This document shows positions 1 through 13,393 of a DNA stretch of 64,000 nt, one piece after another. Numbering within the stretch: position 1 is the stretch's first letter; every line of letters starts with the position of its first letter. The notes beneath the pieces were generated by a model, which saw only the letters and a program-made list of their open reading frames with translations, was not told the DNA's origin and made no database searches. Made by a program: the position numbers and the translations under genes. This DNA is from Octopus vulgaris (Eukaryota), in contig OX597817.1 in NCBI GenBank assembly GCA_951406725.2, positions 116,560,001-116,624,000 on the forward strand. Reading direction: 5' to 3'.

Positions 1-411
1 CTGTTTTCTAATTTTCAGTAGTAAAATGACGCAGTCTAAATTCTTGATACCTTAATCTGTCTGTTATCCTCCAAGTGTTGAGCTCGTCCTGAGTTATAGG
101 TTGCCTGGCTGCTGCAGTCGAGTATTCATTCTCATTCTCATTACTGCTGCAGTCCGTTGAGCCTCTAATTTTCGTCTTGTTTCAGCCTGTACTTCAGATT
201 CAGACTATCTTGCTGCTGCAGTTCGTTGGGCATTTAATCTTCTTCTTCCTCTGCTTGTTCTTGTGAGCCGTCTCTTCCTGAGTCTCGTAAGGCTGCAAGC
301 TTTTCAGCATCTACACTCAGTCTCTTGTTCCACTGATAGCCTCTTCAGCTCTTTCTCTTTTCCTACGCGAGATTGCTTAGGTAGTCCACATGTAATATTT
401 TTCGGAGGCAT
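1..411 (-). mobile_element. Degenerate 5' coding region with STPR-like 23-aa repeats, probably the N-terminus of a Helitron Rep/Hel protein
   Basis: Minus-strand ATG at 411 (MPPK...). Broken frames read RRRRLNAQRTAAAR*SESEVQAETRRKLEAQRTAA. CTGCTGCAG recurs at 144 and 213, 69 nt = 23 codons apart. Stops and frameshifts are present. Confidence 0.45.
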
Positions 412-759
412 TGTAGTAGGACGAATTAATCTATATTATCAACATTCAGCAGGCCAAGCAGAGAAGTGAAACATATGGTAAAGATCTGATAAAATGACGG
501 AATAGTTCTATGATTTAAATTTCATCAATATCGGAGCTATTTGAATATCGGAACTATTTAAATATTCTCATTATAGACTTTGCAACGTAATTTTATGCAT
601 TACAAAAAGGAATATTTTAATAAGCAAAGCATGCTTTGTTTACCATATTACCGTCAGTTCGAACACCAGTCTAATCAGTTGAGCGTATACCAATACAACC
701 AATGATAGACAGTGAGTAGCCCTCTGTTTATCTAAAGAATATATAATTTTATTAAAAAA

Positions 760-1297
760 GCCCACTATACCCATCATGACTACCCGTCTGATAAGCGTAC
801 ACTAGACACATGCATCACAACCATATGTGCGCAACATGGTGATCTCATATCAAGATAAACAGCACATGACCTTGCAGTTGGGTCCCAGTTAGAATTTTCT
901 ACTGTTCGAGTAACCCGTCCTGCTCAAAAGGTCCCTGAATAAGGGTTGTTTAAGGATGTTGAACGAAACACCCATGTTTCCAGAGGTGAATTATTCAAAC
1001 CACAAAGAATCCCTCTCAACACACAGCTATGATGCTCCCACACAACTTCTGCACATATCGTCGACCACTAAGTGACATGCTCAATTGGTTACGGTCAAAC
1101 AATTGACAAGCAAATATGTGGTATTGAGCAGAATATTTGCTGTAGCCCATCTTTTATACCAAGACAAATCAATGTACATGATAACACTTCCAGTCAGTTA
1201 AGATCAGAAGCCACGAGAGCCACTGTCTGGTACTGCGTCAGGGCATTTATTATTATTATTATTGAGTGAGAGAGCAGTGCATGCCATCAAAGTGACA
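760..1297. mobile_element. Unclassified interspersed repeat abutting (TTA)n tracts
   Basis: Complex non-coding block, higher in GC than its flanks, ending in TTA repeats. A further 34-bp piece (1264-1297) lies between two TTA tracts. It resembles an octopus repeat I recall, but there is no second copy in this window. Confidence 0.4.
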
Positions 1298-1312
1298 TTA
1301 TTATTATTATTA

Positions 1313-1390
<78 letters not shown>
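1298..1390. repeat. (TTA)n microsatellite
   Basis: Seen directly. Another tract lies at about 1561-1629. Confidence 0.95.
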
Positions 1391-1393
<3 letters not shown>

Positions 1394-1558
1394 TTTTGCT
1401 TTTGCTTTGTATTTATACAAGTTGATTCCAAGTTTAACCCAGAGACCTCAAGAGACAAGAAGTTGGAAGTTCATGTTGGTGTTATGCTTAGGATGCCATA
1501 TATTTGGTTTTGTACTAGTGAATTTCTCAAAACTTCAGATTAAATAGAAAGTATTTTA

Positions 1559-1629
<71 letters not shown>

Positions 1630-2117
1630 GTTAACATTATTTGCAAGAAGTATATTGTTAAATTACAACAAATACAAAAAGAAGAAGAACAAGAAGAACA
1701 AGAAGAAGAACAACAACAACAACAACAATGATTGTGGTGTATAAGAAATTAGCATTAACAATATCAATAGCGAAATGTGCAAAGCAGACGGCAAATATGA
1801 TCAGCATATTTTAGTAATTGCATTGTTCAGGATTACGAATAATTTACGCAAGTTGTATTACCCAATGACTGCAACGCTCATTGATTACAACTCGAGTGAG
1901 GAGAACGCAACAAAAAAGACCCAAAATTAGAGCATATAGAAATCCATTATCTCAAGCTATTCGTAAATCTCACGTGATAGGTCACACTAAGCGAAATAGT
2001 ACAAAACTCCTCAAGACTTTTAGTGTCATACTATTGTGACAAGTACCTTTACCAGAATGATCTGTATAGTTCAGTACGTCATCCATGGTGGCTGCAAATT
2101 AAACTTATCTACATTAA

Positions 2118-2262
2118 GCGTAGGCGTGGCTGTGTGGTAAGAAGCTTGTTTCCTAACCAAATGGTTCCGTGTTTGGTTTCAAATGCCTTCTGCTATACTG
2201 TTGGGCCGACTAAAACATTGTGAGTGGTCTTGGTAGACGGAAGCTATAAGAAGCCTGTCGTG
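2118..2262 (+). mobile_element. tRNA-derived SINE family A, partial copy
   Basis: Head GGCGTGGCTGTGTGGTAAG and body TGTGAGTGG...GGTAGACGGAA match the copies at 40397 and 45587. Confidence 0.8.
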
Positions 2263-2292
2263 TATATATATATATATATTCTTTTTTTTTTT

Positions 2293-2641
2293 ACTCTTTT
2301 TACTTGTTCGACCCCGGGACTTATACTTTGTAAGCCCAGTACTTATTCTATCGGTCTCTTTTGCCGAACCGCTAAGTGACGAGGACATAAACACACCAGC
2401 ATTGGTTGTCAAGCAATGCTAGAGGAACAAACAAAGACACACAAACATACACACACATACATATATATACATATATACGACGGGCTTCTTTCAGTTTCCG
2501 TCTACCAAATCCACTCACAAGGCTTTGATCGGCCCGAGGCTATAGTAGAAGACACCTGCCCAAGGTGCCACACAGTGGGACTGAACCCGGAACCATGTGG
2601 TTGGTAAACAAGCTGCTTACCACACAGCCACTCCTGCGCCT
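2293..2641 (-). mobile_element. tRNA-derived SINE family A
   Basis: Reverse complement is nearly identical to 45587-45965. A-box-like GTGGCTGTGTGG and B-box-like GGTTCAGTCC are present. Confidence 0.9.
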
Positions 2642-2679
2642 ATATATATATATATATACATGTGTATATATATATATAC

Positions 2680-2739
<60 letters not shown>

Positions 2740-4221
2740 ATATATATATATATATTTGATTATATATATATATATAGTATTACGATCGATTCATTCGATT
2801 AAAAATTCTTCAAGGTGGTGCGTAAGCATGGCTGCAGTCTAATGATTGAAACAAAGGTAAAATGATATTAACGTTTTAAAGGAACTGTCATAGGGTAATT
2901 AGCATAACAATACGCATACATAATTCACATGAAATAATCTGCACGGGGTAATGTTCTCCATGAAAGAAAACCAATGCTGGACGTATCCGCTTTTGTCTTC
3001 TCCGGTTGTCTTGTTTCGTCTGCTGCTTTATTAGCTGCCAATAAGGAAGGGAGGGTTATACATCTGCGACTCTGAAAGCTCTCAGATATAATAGTAAGCA
3101 AGAACACTCTGCTGGAGTTAAGACGAATTTGTGAGGAAGATGGGAATTGTGGAAGAAGTGGGATGGACGAAACATAAAGAAGTTGAACTAACTATTGCTT
3201 GCTTGCCAGTTTGCTGGACATTATTCGGTTTGAAGAGATCATTTCTCTGCTCCTGTCCCCGAAGAATCTTCATTGCAATCAGAAAAAAAAAATACTAACG
3301 CAATCGTCGCTTTTGGTTTCATATACTTTAAAAACTTCTAGAGCCTAACTGAACACTTTCCTTTAACAGGTTTAAACTCTTTTAAACCATACTAATCTAT
3401 AGTTGTCAATTTTATTAAATCATGTGGTGCTGGAGCTAAAAACATTCCATTGCTCTGTAATCTGCTTTTACCACCTAAACCTCATTATCCTACATTCATG
3501 GAACACTAATTAAAATACTTGTTTAATTAATCTATATTTAGGCTTACCTACAAATCAAAAAGTGATTGCGCTCCTTAAGCAAGAAGTACAGTTTGTGTGA
3601 ATTTTTAAGTGTGCTAAACAGCAACTTTAATTGTAAGTGTTGTTTTTTTGCTTTGTTTTTTTTTCTTTTCGTACATTTTAGCGATTTAGCTCACTAAAAG
3701 AGCATCATACACGTTTTTTTTTTGTCAAGTTTATATTTGTGGATCTTTTTTCTCCTTTGCAAATATATTACCTGGTATTCTAAACTGGAGAAATTTCATC
3801 TCGAACTCAATCAGAAAAGTGCTCGTGCAGTTGATGGATTTCCATTTCTTTAGGAGGATCATCAAATCTGTCTCTCGGGAAGAGTCTTTTTGCTTTGAAA
3901 CCGAGATTTCTATCAATAGATAAATTTAGTAAACAATTATTGAAAAATAATTTCCCAATACATACACATAACCACCATCTCTTTCTCCTCAATGAGCTGC
4001 TTCATATATGACTTTCTAGCAAGTAATATATTGTTTTCTTTCGTGTGTGTGTAACAGTGCGTCTTTCCATTTGCTTAATGGAATCTAATTGTTTGAAATT
4101 CTCCAGTGGCATATCCAGGGACAAAAATGACAAGAGAAAGAAAATTCTTCCTAATGGTGTCTGCTATAGCAGAAATTCATAAACATTCATACGCGTGTAT
4201 ATGTGGGCATGTATGCAGGTA

Positions 4222-4345
4222 ATTAGGTAGATAGTTAGTTAGTTAGGTAGGTAGGTAGTTAGGTAGGTAGGTAGGTAGGTAGGTAGGTAGGTAGGTAGGT
4301 AGGTAGGTAGGCAGGCAGGTAGGTAGGTAGCCAGGTAGGTAGGTA
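4222..4345. repeat. (GTAG)n microsatellite
   Basis: Seen directly. Confidence 0.95.
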
Positions 4346-4452
4346 TTAGCTACAATCTGAAAATTAAGATTTTAAAAATGAATTATATACAGGACATTTA
4401 TGATACCATTATTTCTAAGTCGCTCTAAAGGAGACTACGGCAGCCGCACTAG

Positions 4453-4601
4453 ATATTAACAGTTATCGCCAAGTTAATATGGCAGTCTATAAATATACGA
4501 CTAAAGCTGCCGTTGATTAGCTAGAGGCGATGGCCTCTTGGAGGCAGATTTAGTCATATATTTATAGACTGCCATATTAACTTTGCGATAACTATTAATA
4601 T
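4453..4601. mobile_element. MITE-like hairpin element
   Basis: About 59-bp inverted repeats (4453-4511 and 4543-4601, about 4 mismatches) around a short inner hairpin. TTAA lies at both outer ends. Confidence 0.7.
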
Positions 4602-4876
4602 TTATGATATCATTCTCGAAAAAGAAATCTAAGCATGCAGTTGTATCTACAGGACACAACTGCGGTTCGACTCACGTGAAAGGGATTCGTTTTCAATTTA
4701 CTAATACTTCTCTATGCATTTGATTAATTTTCTTTGAACACCTTAATATTTATTGATGACAATGAGTATGGCATGTTAATAATATAGTGCCCTCATACAG
4801 TTCTATATTTAAGATATGAGGAATTATGTATTTTATTTACATTTGACGGATATTTGTCCTCATCTTGTTTGTTGTT

Positions 4877-4922
4877 GACACAACATTTCGGTTGATATAC
4901 CCTCAAGCCTTCAGCAGGGGTC
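4877..4922 (-). ncRNA. Minimal type I hammerhead ribozyme motif, family 1 (degenerate)
   Basis: Minus strand reads gaccc-CTGCTGA-a-ggctt...caacc-GAAA-tgtt-gtgtc. Core A6 is mutated to C. Confidence 0.65.
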
Positions 4923-4974
4923 TTGGAGAAATTTTTGAACCTGGGTTCTCATTCCTAATGTATTTTTCGGTGTT

Positions 4975-5256
<282 letters not shown>

Positions 5257-5303
5257 ACGGGCATATGGCGTAGAGGTTAATAATGATAATAATAATGATG
5301 ATG

Positions 5304-5334
<31 letters not shown>

Positions 5335-5342
5335 TAATAATG

Positions 5343-5397
<55 letters not shown>

Positions 5398-7824
5398 GCA
5401 ACTGGAAGGCACCTGGGCATGACAAGATCCCCAACTTCTGGTTGAAATATCTAACAGGAATGCACAAAAAGCCGGCTGAAAACTTTAACAACATACTAGC
5501 AGAGCCAGAGACAATGCCTGAATGGCTAACGAAGGGGAAAACCATCTTAATTCCCAAATCAAATGAAACAGCAAAACCAGAAAACTACAGACCAATAACC
5601 TGCCTCCCTTACTATGTTCAAGGCATTTACTGCAGTGATATCGCAAAGGCTGAACAAGCACCTGGACGAAAACAAACTGTTCCCAGAAGAGCAGAAAGGA
5701 TGCCGCAAAGGCTCATATGGCTGTAAAGATCAACTAATGATTAATAAAGCCATAACTGAAGACAGCCACAGAAAGAAGAAAGGCCTCAGTATGGCCTGGA
5801 TTGACTACAAAAAGGCGTTTGATAGCATCCCCCACACATGGATCCTCGAAACACTAGCCATTAACAAAGTAGCATCAACAATCATAAAATTCATAGAGCA
5901 CTCTATGAATAAATGGCAAACAGTCCTACACCTCCAAACAAAAGAGGGACTCATGAAAACCAAAGACATCCCCATTAGAAGAGGAATATTCCAGGGAGAC
6001 ACGCTCTCTCCACTCCTTTTCTGCTTGGCACTGTCACCTCTATCTGATATGCTAAATAGAACTGGATGCGGATATAAATGTTACGGCAAAACGATCAGCC
6101 ACCTTTTATATATGGATGACCTAAAACTATACGCTGCAAATGACAAACAGCTGGAAACACTATTAAAGACAGTTCATGGATTTACCAAAGAAATAGATAT
6201 GAAATTTGGATTAGAAAAATGCGCCAAAGTAACCATGACAAGAGGAAAAATAGTTAAGAGTAACAACATCACACAAGATAAAACCAATGAAATAAAAGAA
6301 TTAGACCAAAGCCAAACTTACAAATACTTAGGAATCCATGAACTAGATAAGACACAACACACACAAATGAAAGAGAAAATAAAAAAGAATATTATAGACG
6401 AGTTAGAGCAATACTAAAAACAGAGCTCGATGCTAAAAACAAGATAATAGGTATCAACACTTTAGCTGTCCCAGTTATAAGTTACAGCTACAATATCCTT
6501 AACTGGAAACGAAATGAACTGACCAAAATAGATAGGAAAACAAGAAAAATAATGACAGGATCTAGGATGCATCACCCAAAATCTGACATAAAAAGACTAT
6601 ATATACAACGTATAGAAGGTGATAGAGGCCTTATTCAGCTGGAAAACTACTATAAAATAACCACCATAGGACTGCAAAAATATCTACTTCAGAAGGAAGG
6701 AAAACTTATCCAGATAGCGGCAAAACACGAGCGAAACAAAAAACTGTTCTCAGTATTTAAGGAAGCTGACAAATACAAACAAGAAATCATAGCACCTAAT
6801 AAACATGAAGAAGAAGAAGAAGAAGAAGAAGAAGAAGAAGAAGAAGAAGAAGAAGAAGAAGAAGAAGAAGAAGAAGAAGAAGAAGAAGAAACAACAAAAG
6901 CTATAAAATAAATGAAATCCAAACTAAAAATAGAACAGCAACGAACCATGATAAAACGATGGCAAGAAAAGCCCCTTCATGGTAAATACTGCACTAAACT
7001 AAACGCAAAAGAAATAGACAAAGAAAAATCCCAGCAATGGTTGAGAAGCTCAGGACTCAAAGCAGAAACAGAGGGATTTTTAATTGCAGCACAAGACCAA
7101 AGCCTCCCCACCAGAAATTACCAAAAACATGTAATGAAAAGAAATATTACAAGTAACTGCAGAATATGTGGAGATGGACAAGAAACAATAAATCATATTA
7201 TCTCTAGCTGCCCAGTCCTGGCTAAGAAGGAATATATTCACAGACATGACAGTGTTGGAACCTACATACATTGGAAGCTATGCCAACATTATGGAATAAC
7301 AACAGAAAAAAGATGGTATAGGCACACACCAGAAAAGGTCACAGAAAATGAGAAAGCAACTATACTCTGGGATATGCCGATACACACAGATAGAGAAATT
7401 AAGGCCAACAGACCAGATATAGTTGTCAGAGATCATGAAGAAAAAAATGCTTTCTAATTGATGTATCAATACCGGCAGATGACAACGTGTCTCTAAAAGA
7501 AATGGAGAAACTCTCAAAATACAAAGACCTGGAAATAGAGGTAACTAGAATGTGGAATCTGAAAACAGAAACAATTCCTATCATAGTAGGTGCATTAGGC
7601 ATGATAAAAAATATTCAGACAAATACATAACAAAAACACCAAGACTTACAAACACATATAACATACAGAAAACTGCACTACTAGGCACTGCACACATCCT
7701 ACGCAGAACACTTTCCATACAATAACCATCAGAGCATAACAACAAATCACAGCACATACCCAAGGCACACAGAGCTGCGCTCGGTAGTGAAGTGAAAGCA
7801 CGCTATAAAAATAAAACTACTGAA
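5398..7824 (+). mobile_element. 5'-truncated R4/Dong-type non-LTR retrotransposon (RT, CCHC zinc knuckle, restriction-like endonuclease), frameshifted
   Basis: Motifs NWKAPGHD, NYRPITCL, DYKKAFDS, GIFQGDTLSP, YMDD, YKYLG, CRICGDGQETINHIISSC, RHD and RPDIVV occur across ORFs 5614-6417, 6552-6911 and 6912-7457. (TAA)n flanks both sides, the known Dong target. Confidence 0.9.
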
Positions 7825-7826
7825 TG

Positions 7827-7872
<46 letters not shown>

Positions 7873-7940
7873 TAATAATAATAATAATAATATCGAAAAA
7901 TACCTTAGGAATGAGAACCCAGGTTCAAAACTTTCCGCAA

Positions 7941-7986
7941 GATACCTGATGAAGGCTGGGGGGTATATCAGTCAAAACGTTGTGTT
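7941..7986 (+). ncRNA. Minimal type I hammerhead ribozyme motif, family 1
   Basis: gatac-CTGATGA-a-ggctg(loop)cagtc-AAAA-cgtt-gtgtt. G12 is mutated to A. Stem III is the palindrome ACGT. Confidence 0.7.
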
Positions 7987-8419
7987 AACAACAAACGAGA
8001 TAAGGACAAATATCCGTCAAATGTAAATAATGCAAATAATGTTAATAATAGTGCTTTCCAGATCTCTACTTATTAGTTGCTACACTGAAAATTGAAGCAT
8101 TATTTTGTCATTTAAAATTTCAGCCCAGATAATCAATGTATAAATCAAAATTATTAAAATATTCACCTTGCCAAGACGTATTTCTGGTTTGAGTCTCGTC
8201 ACCTACCAAATTTGGAAACGGTTTTCTTCTGAAAGCTCTGATTGTTTCATTCTTTATGAGCGAGATTGAATAGCTAATGATGCAGAAACCTGGTTTCTGG
8301 TATTATAATAATGTCTTCTTATTTTCACTATGATCTGGCAGTTTGATACTTTTATTACCAACATGCGGACCATATCCCGAATCGGAGAATAAATGGCTCG
8401 TTAATATAGTGTGCTTGTT

Positions 8420-9089
8420 AAGCGCATCAGTCCTAATAGTCTTCTCTGACGAGAGCCGTACTGCGTTTCCACCTCGGATGGCAGAGTGAGGGTGTGGCGT
8501 TGAAGGGGTGAATGCTACAGAGACGCATGCGTCATGGAGAGAGACGCGTGTGGTGGCCAAAGCATAATGGTTTACTGTGCTCTAGGCCTGAATCAGAGAA
8601 CTGGGCTCGTGTGTTCCAAAATGTTGGTCCAAGCAGAGGGAATGGCATCACAGCACAGCGCTACGTTGACCAGATCCTAAGTCCTCAGATCATGACCCAA
8701 TTGAACACCTGTGGGATGAAATCCAGAAACAGCTTAACCAGGTGGTCCCAAGCCTGACAACTCATATGGAAGTGGAAGCAGCTTTCGTCAGGGTGTGGGC
8801 ACAGATGCCAAAGGTCTTTGTGAACCGCCTTATGTGTTCCATGTACCGACTGTGCATGACCGTTTCCAACACCCAGGGAGGGCATACATGGTATTGAACA
8901 TGTAACGGCCTATAATCTCGATGTGCAGGATCTGCCCACTACCGGAACACATGACGACGACCGATAACCTGTGCTCAGTGAATCTAAAATTTGACTTTAT
9001 CAGATTTATCAAAATCTATCTCTGACATAATAAAAGTTAAAACATATTTTACAGTTATACATGTTTCGCGTTTCTTTTGCGGTTCAGTG
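8420..9089 (+). mobile_element. Tc1-like transposon, 3' fragment
   Basis: Degenerate FSDES..DGRVRVWR, TAQRYVDQIL, PIEHLWDEI and GGHTWY*. It ends ...GGTTCAGTG followed by TA. Confidence 0.8.
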
Positions 9090-11862
9090 TATATTCCACA
9101 ACAGACGAACATATATAAAACTCTAGTGTTTTTAGCATCTACGCCTGTAATAATTTGACTTAAAAATCGTAGTGAGACATTGAATGATCATATTTTAAAT
9201 GTCGTTTCCCGTTTTAACATAAATTCATCCACATCTGCAATGCATTATAAATATATAAATCACTTCCAACTTTTAACTGCTTTATTGAATCAGCCTGTGA
9301 GGAGTTAAATACACAGTTGATTGGTGTGAAGATTAACTTAGAACATAAAGGGTCGTTACCCGATGCTCCAGTGGTTCCACCAATCTAACGTGGTGTATTA
9401 AATGCGTATGAAGGTGAAACAAGAATAGGAAATTGAATTTAACATATCTTATTCCTCATAGATTTTTTTTTCATTTACAGTTGCACATATGTTTTTCCAA
9501 GCCAAAAGTATGTGCATACAATTCGTAGTATGTAAAGTACAAAGAAGAGACAGTTATCAAGTATAGAAAAGTCAATACGCGGGAAAAAAAGATTAGCAAT
9601 AGCCGAAGAAGATAAAGTAAAGTTGGTTTAGAAGAACAAATAGACTGGATGGAGAACAAAAGTTGTAATAAAGTGGATGAGCTAATCTATCTTATGAATA
9701 ATGCGAAACATAAAGAAAAAATAGGATCGAGGAGGTTTTGTATAAATATAATAATCTAAGTTGTACTAATGGAATAATTAGTTCCATTTCATAGTTATAA
9801 TGGACTATTCTTTATTTTGTAAATAGAAGGCAATTATATTGACGTTTAGCATTTAAACAAACTTGGCTTATGAATGAATTCTCAAACCAAAAAGACGCCC
9901 ACCTCTCACTGTTTTATTTTTTTCTTGCATTTATCTGCGCATCTTTGTTCTTCGTTCGGAATAAATTCGAATGTTTTTTTTTTGTCCTTTTCTTTAAGCA
10001 CGCACATAATTTTACTTCCCACACTTATACAGACTAGCCTGCAAACAAGACGACAGTCAAATACATTGTTTGAAAAACAAACAGATACATGCATTGATTT
10101 TTATCAAGAGAATCAAAGCAGTATTTATATCATACGTCTCTCTATAGTTCAAACAGATCAGTTTTATGTAATCCTGCTCTAATTCAGCTAAATTACTTTC
10201 CAGTATATAGAGATCGTCGTTATTAACATAATGTTCGTAGATTACAATACCAACCGAAAATGTATTCATTGTCTCCTTCATTATCTGCCAATATATGTCA
10301 TTACTTATTACCGTATTTCGAGACTAGGTCGGATTATAAAGATTTCTTCTAAATGCGTAAATCTAGATTGTGTAGCCTTGACATTATTCTTTTAATCAAG
10401 TCTGGATACAAAGGAAAAGTAAAAATTAACATCGAATACCAGCATTATTACTCAAATATAATACAAAATATCATTTTTATATACTTTTTCGAAAATGTCA
10501 GAAACTTTAGAATAAACTCAAGAAGAATTAGATACAAAATATTAAAAATTCTGTATCATACATTACCATGAGTTGTTCAATGTACAGGAGTACCACAAAT
10601 TAACGGACTGACATTTCTATCTCATCATACCACGTGTATTGTCTTCTATTTGTCATGAATTAATTTACCAACAACGATCGCCTGTTTTTTCCAAAATTGT
10701 ACTAAAAAAAAAAAAAACACCAGCCATTTGAGATACATTCGGAGTTTTTGATATATTCAAGCCTCACAATTGAAACGAAAATTATTAATTAGAAAATAAA
10801 ACATATGTAACACGAATTCTATATCTAAGTAAGAAAATATAAATCAAGCTTAAATCTGAAAATAGTAACCAATCTGAAAATATTCGGTTTCGAATATATT
10901 AAAATAAAAAATTTTGAAATAAAGCTTGGAAATAATCTCAAATATCAAACTAAAACATGGAAATAATTTCGAATAAAAAAGAATTTATTAACAATTTCAC
11001 ACTGTCCGCCGTGTTATATTTTATGAAGTAAGAATACGAATTTGACTCATGAACCTATAAACATGGAATACTGCAATATCATACAATGATGAACACAGTA
11101 TTCACGTTCACACTATTGAAACTGTCAAGAGAAAATTTTAAATTAGGAATTTACAGAGCCGATCATCATATTATATACAATTCCTAAATGTACTAAAATC
11201 TTGGATACTTTCAAGGAAATATGAGATCTTGTGCTAACAGTACACTACATGTCAAATAATATTATTTGCTTGTTCTGTGTTAAATTGAAAAACTTTCAAA
11301 TGTATTCGCATCAATTATCAACAGCAGTGACGTTATTATTTTAATTTTCTTCAAGAAATTTGTGCTCAGGAAAATAATTCATACATGTGATTCGAAAATG
11401 ATATGAATAATATTTTAGTGTTACATCAACAAAAAATGGAATAATGAACAGTAATACATCTATATGAAGGTAAGTTATATTGGAAATATTCAGTGTTAAC
11501 TTTCACATATAATGCTATTCTATATATTCTAGAGTAAATAGCTTTCAAAAAAAAAAAATAGAAACAGAAAAATAGATACAACAAAGCTAAATTTAGATAC
11601 TGAAGTCACGTAAAGTTTTGTAAGTTTAAATCATCCATGGAGAAACTAATTAATTTAACGATACAATTTCAATTTTTCATAAAATAGATTTGCATTATAA
11701 ACAGAAAACAAACATAGTATTTAGAAACACTTATTTCCGCATGTTAAATCAAAGCTTAGTCAACTCAAAAGCAATTTAATCATATTCGAATTCTGAGCAA
11801 TAAGTGCATCTGTCAAATATATATATATTATATATACATGTGTGTGTGTGCATCTGTCTGTC

Positions 11863-11917
<55 letters not shown>

Positions 11918-12101
11918 GTATACATATATATGTGCTTATACACACACACATGCGCACGCAAGCACACAGCCAAACATACACACACACACATATACAAATA
12001 TATATACGAGTGAGAGAGAAAATATCTTTACCTTGTTTTCTTTCTTTCAATGTTCTACGTTGAAAAATAAGAATCTATATATTGAAATTATATATGCTTA
12101 T

Positions 12102-12135
<34 letters not shown>

Positions 12136-12138
12136 GCA

Positions 12139-12181
<43 letters not shown>

Positions 12182-12640
12182 ACCTATACTCGCACACGTG
12201 CATAGACAAACACACATGTATGTACATATATATTTATGTTAGTGTGAATAAATATAGATGTATTTCATGTGTGCGTATATATATACATGGATGTATGTAT
12301 GGATATATGTACGCACGGGAGTCTATATGCATGCCACTGCTCTTTCGTTCTTGTATCTTATGAAGGACACTTCCTGTTTTATTAATTCGACGAATTTTAT
12401 TTAGGATAATACATACCCCTTATTTTGTTGCCATGTTATTGAGTTCGAGTATCACGGTAATGCTGCAGTAGTTACTGAACAAAATTTGTGTCTTTCAACA
12501 TAGTCACCATGTTTCTTCTAGAAATCAGGTAGCTTTATCTTATATTTTGCAATTAATATAAAGTCTATCATTGATATTATAACTAAATCGTTACCGATTG
12601 TTTAATACGTTGGTATTAATCAAACTTTCGATGCACTCTA

Positions 12641-13111
12641 AGGTCGATTAAATAAAGTAACATTTACGCCCTGGGGTCGATATAATCAACTTAACCCGTT
12701 TGTCTGTCCTTGTTTGTCCCTTCTGTGTTTAGTTACTTGTGGATAGTAAAGAAATAGGTATTTCGTCTGCCGTTACGTTCAAATTCAGCCGAGATCGACT
12801 TTGCTTTTCATCATTTCGGGGTCGATTACATAAGTAACAGTTACGCACTGGGGTCGATATAATCAACTTAATCCGTTTGTCTGTCCTTGTTTGTCCCTTC
12901 TATGTTTAGCCCCTTGTGGATAGTAAAGAAATAGGTATTTCGTCTGCTGTTACGTTCAAATTCAACCGAGATCGACTTTGCCTTTCATCCTTTCGGGGTC
13001 GATTAAATAAGTAACAGTTACGCACTGGGGTCGATGCAAGCGACTTAATCCTTTTGCCTGTCCTTGTTTGTCCCCTCTATTTTTAGCCCTCTTTGAGCAA
13101 TAAAGAAATAA
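12641..13111 (+). mobile_element. tRNA-derived SINE family B, headless tandem trimer (about 177-bp unit)
   Basis: Units contain GACTTTGCCTTTCATCCTTTCGGGGTCGAT...AAAGAAATA. Junctions are at 12756/7 and 12933/4. Confidence 0.9.
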
Positions 13112-13393
13112 ATATAGTACTTACATCCTTCTTCAATACATATACGTATGGTCCTGTTATTGTTATTTGAACTAATCGGAACTAATCAAGAATACCAGAA
13201 CTAATCAATGATGCATTTGCACGCTGTTCCTTTTTGCTATTTTTGTACTTTTATAAAATGAATACAATGCGTGCTTCAATATCGACTACACTAATGTATG
13301 AAATGACAGAGATTTAGCTGTTGCAAATATGCTACTGCTATTGTTATTAGAACTTAAATCAGAACTAATCAAGAATAACGACCAACATTGTAT

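Noticed and set aside
1204-1543. Poly-N, poly-L, poly-I, YI-repeat and HT-repeat ORFs here and throughout the ORF track
   Set aside because: They are translations of (TAA)n, (TA)n, (CA)n and (TACA)n microsatellites.
2925-3270. Possible minus-strand exon or small ORF
   Set aside because: Only short overlapping frames, with no recognisable domain and no convincing splice pair.
8445-8455. CTGACGA and CTGATGA at about 8446 and 22734 as hammerhead cores
   Set aside because: They are Ser-Asp-Glu codons of Tc1 transposases, with no stem II-GAAA following.
12641-13111. CRISPR-like array
   Set aside because: The units are tandem SINE bodies with no unique spacers, no cas genes are present, and the context is eukaryotic.
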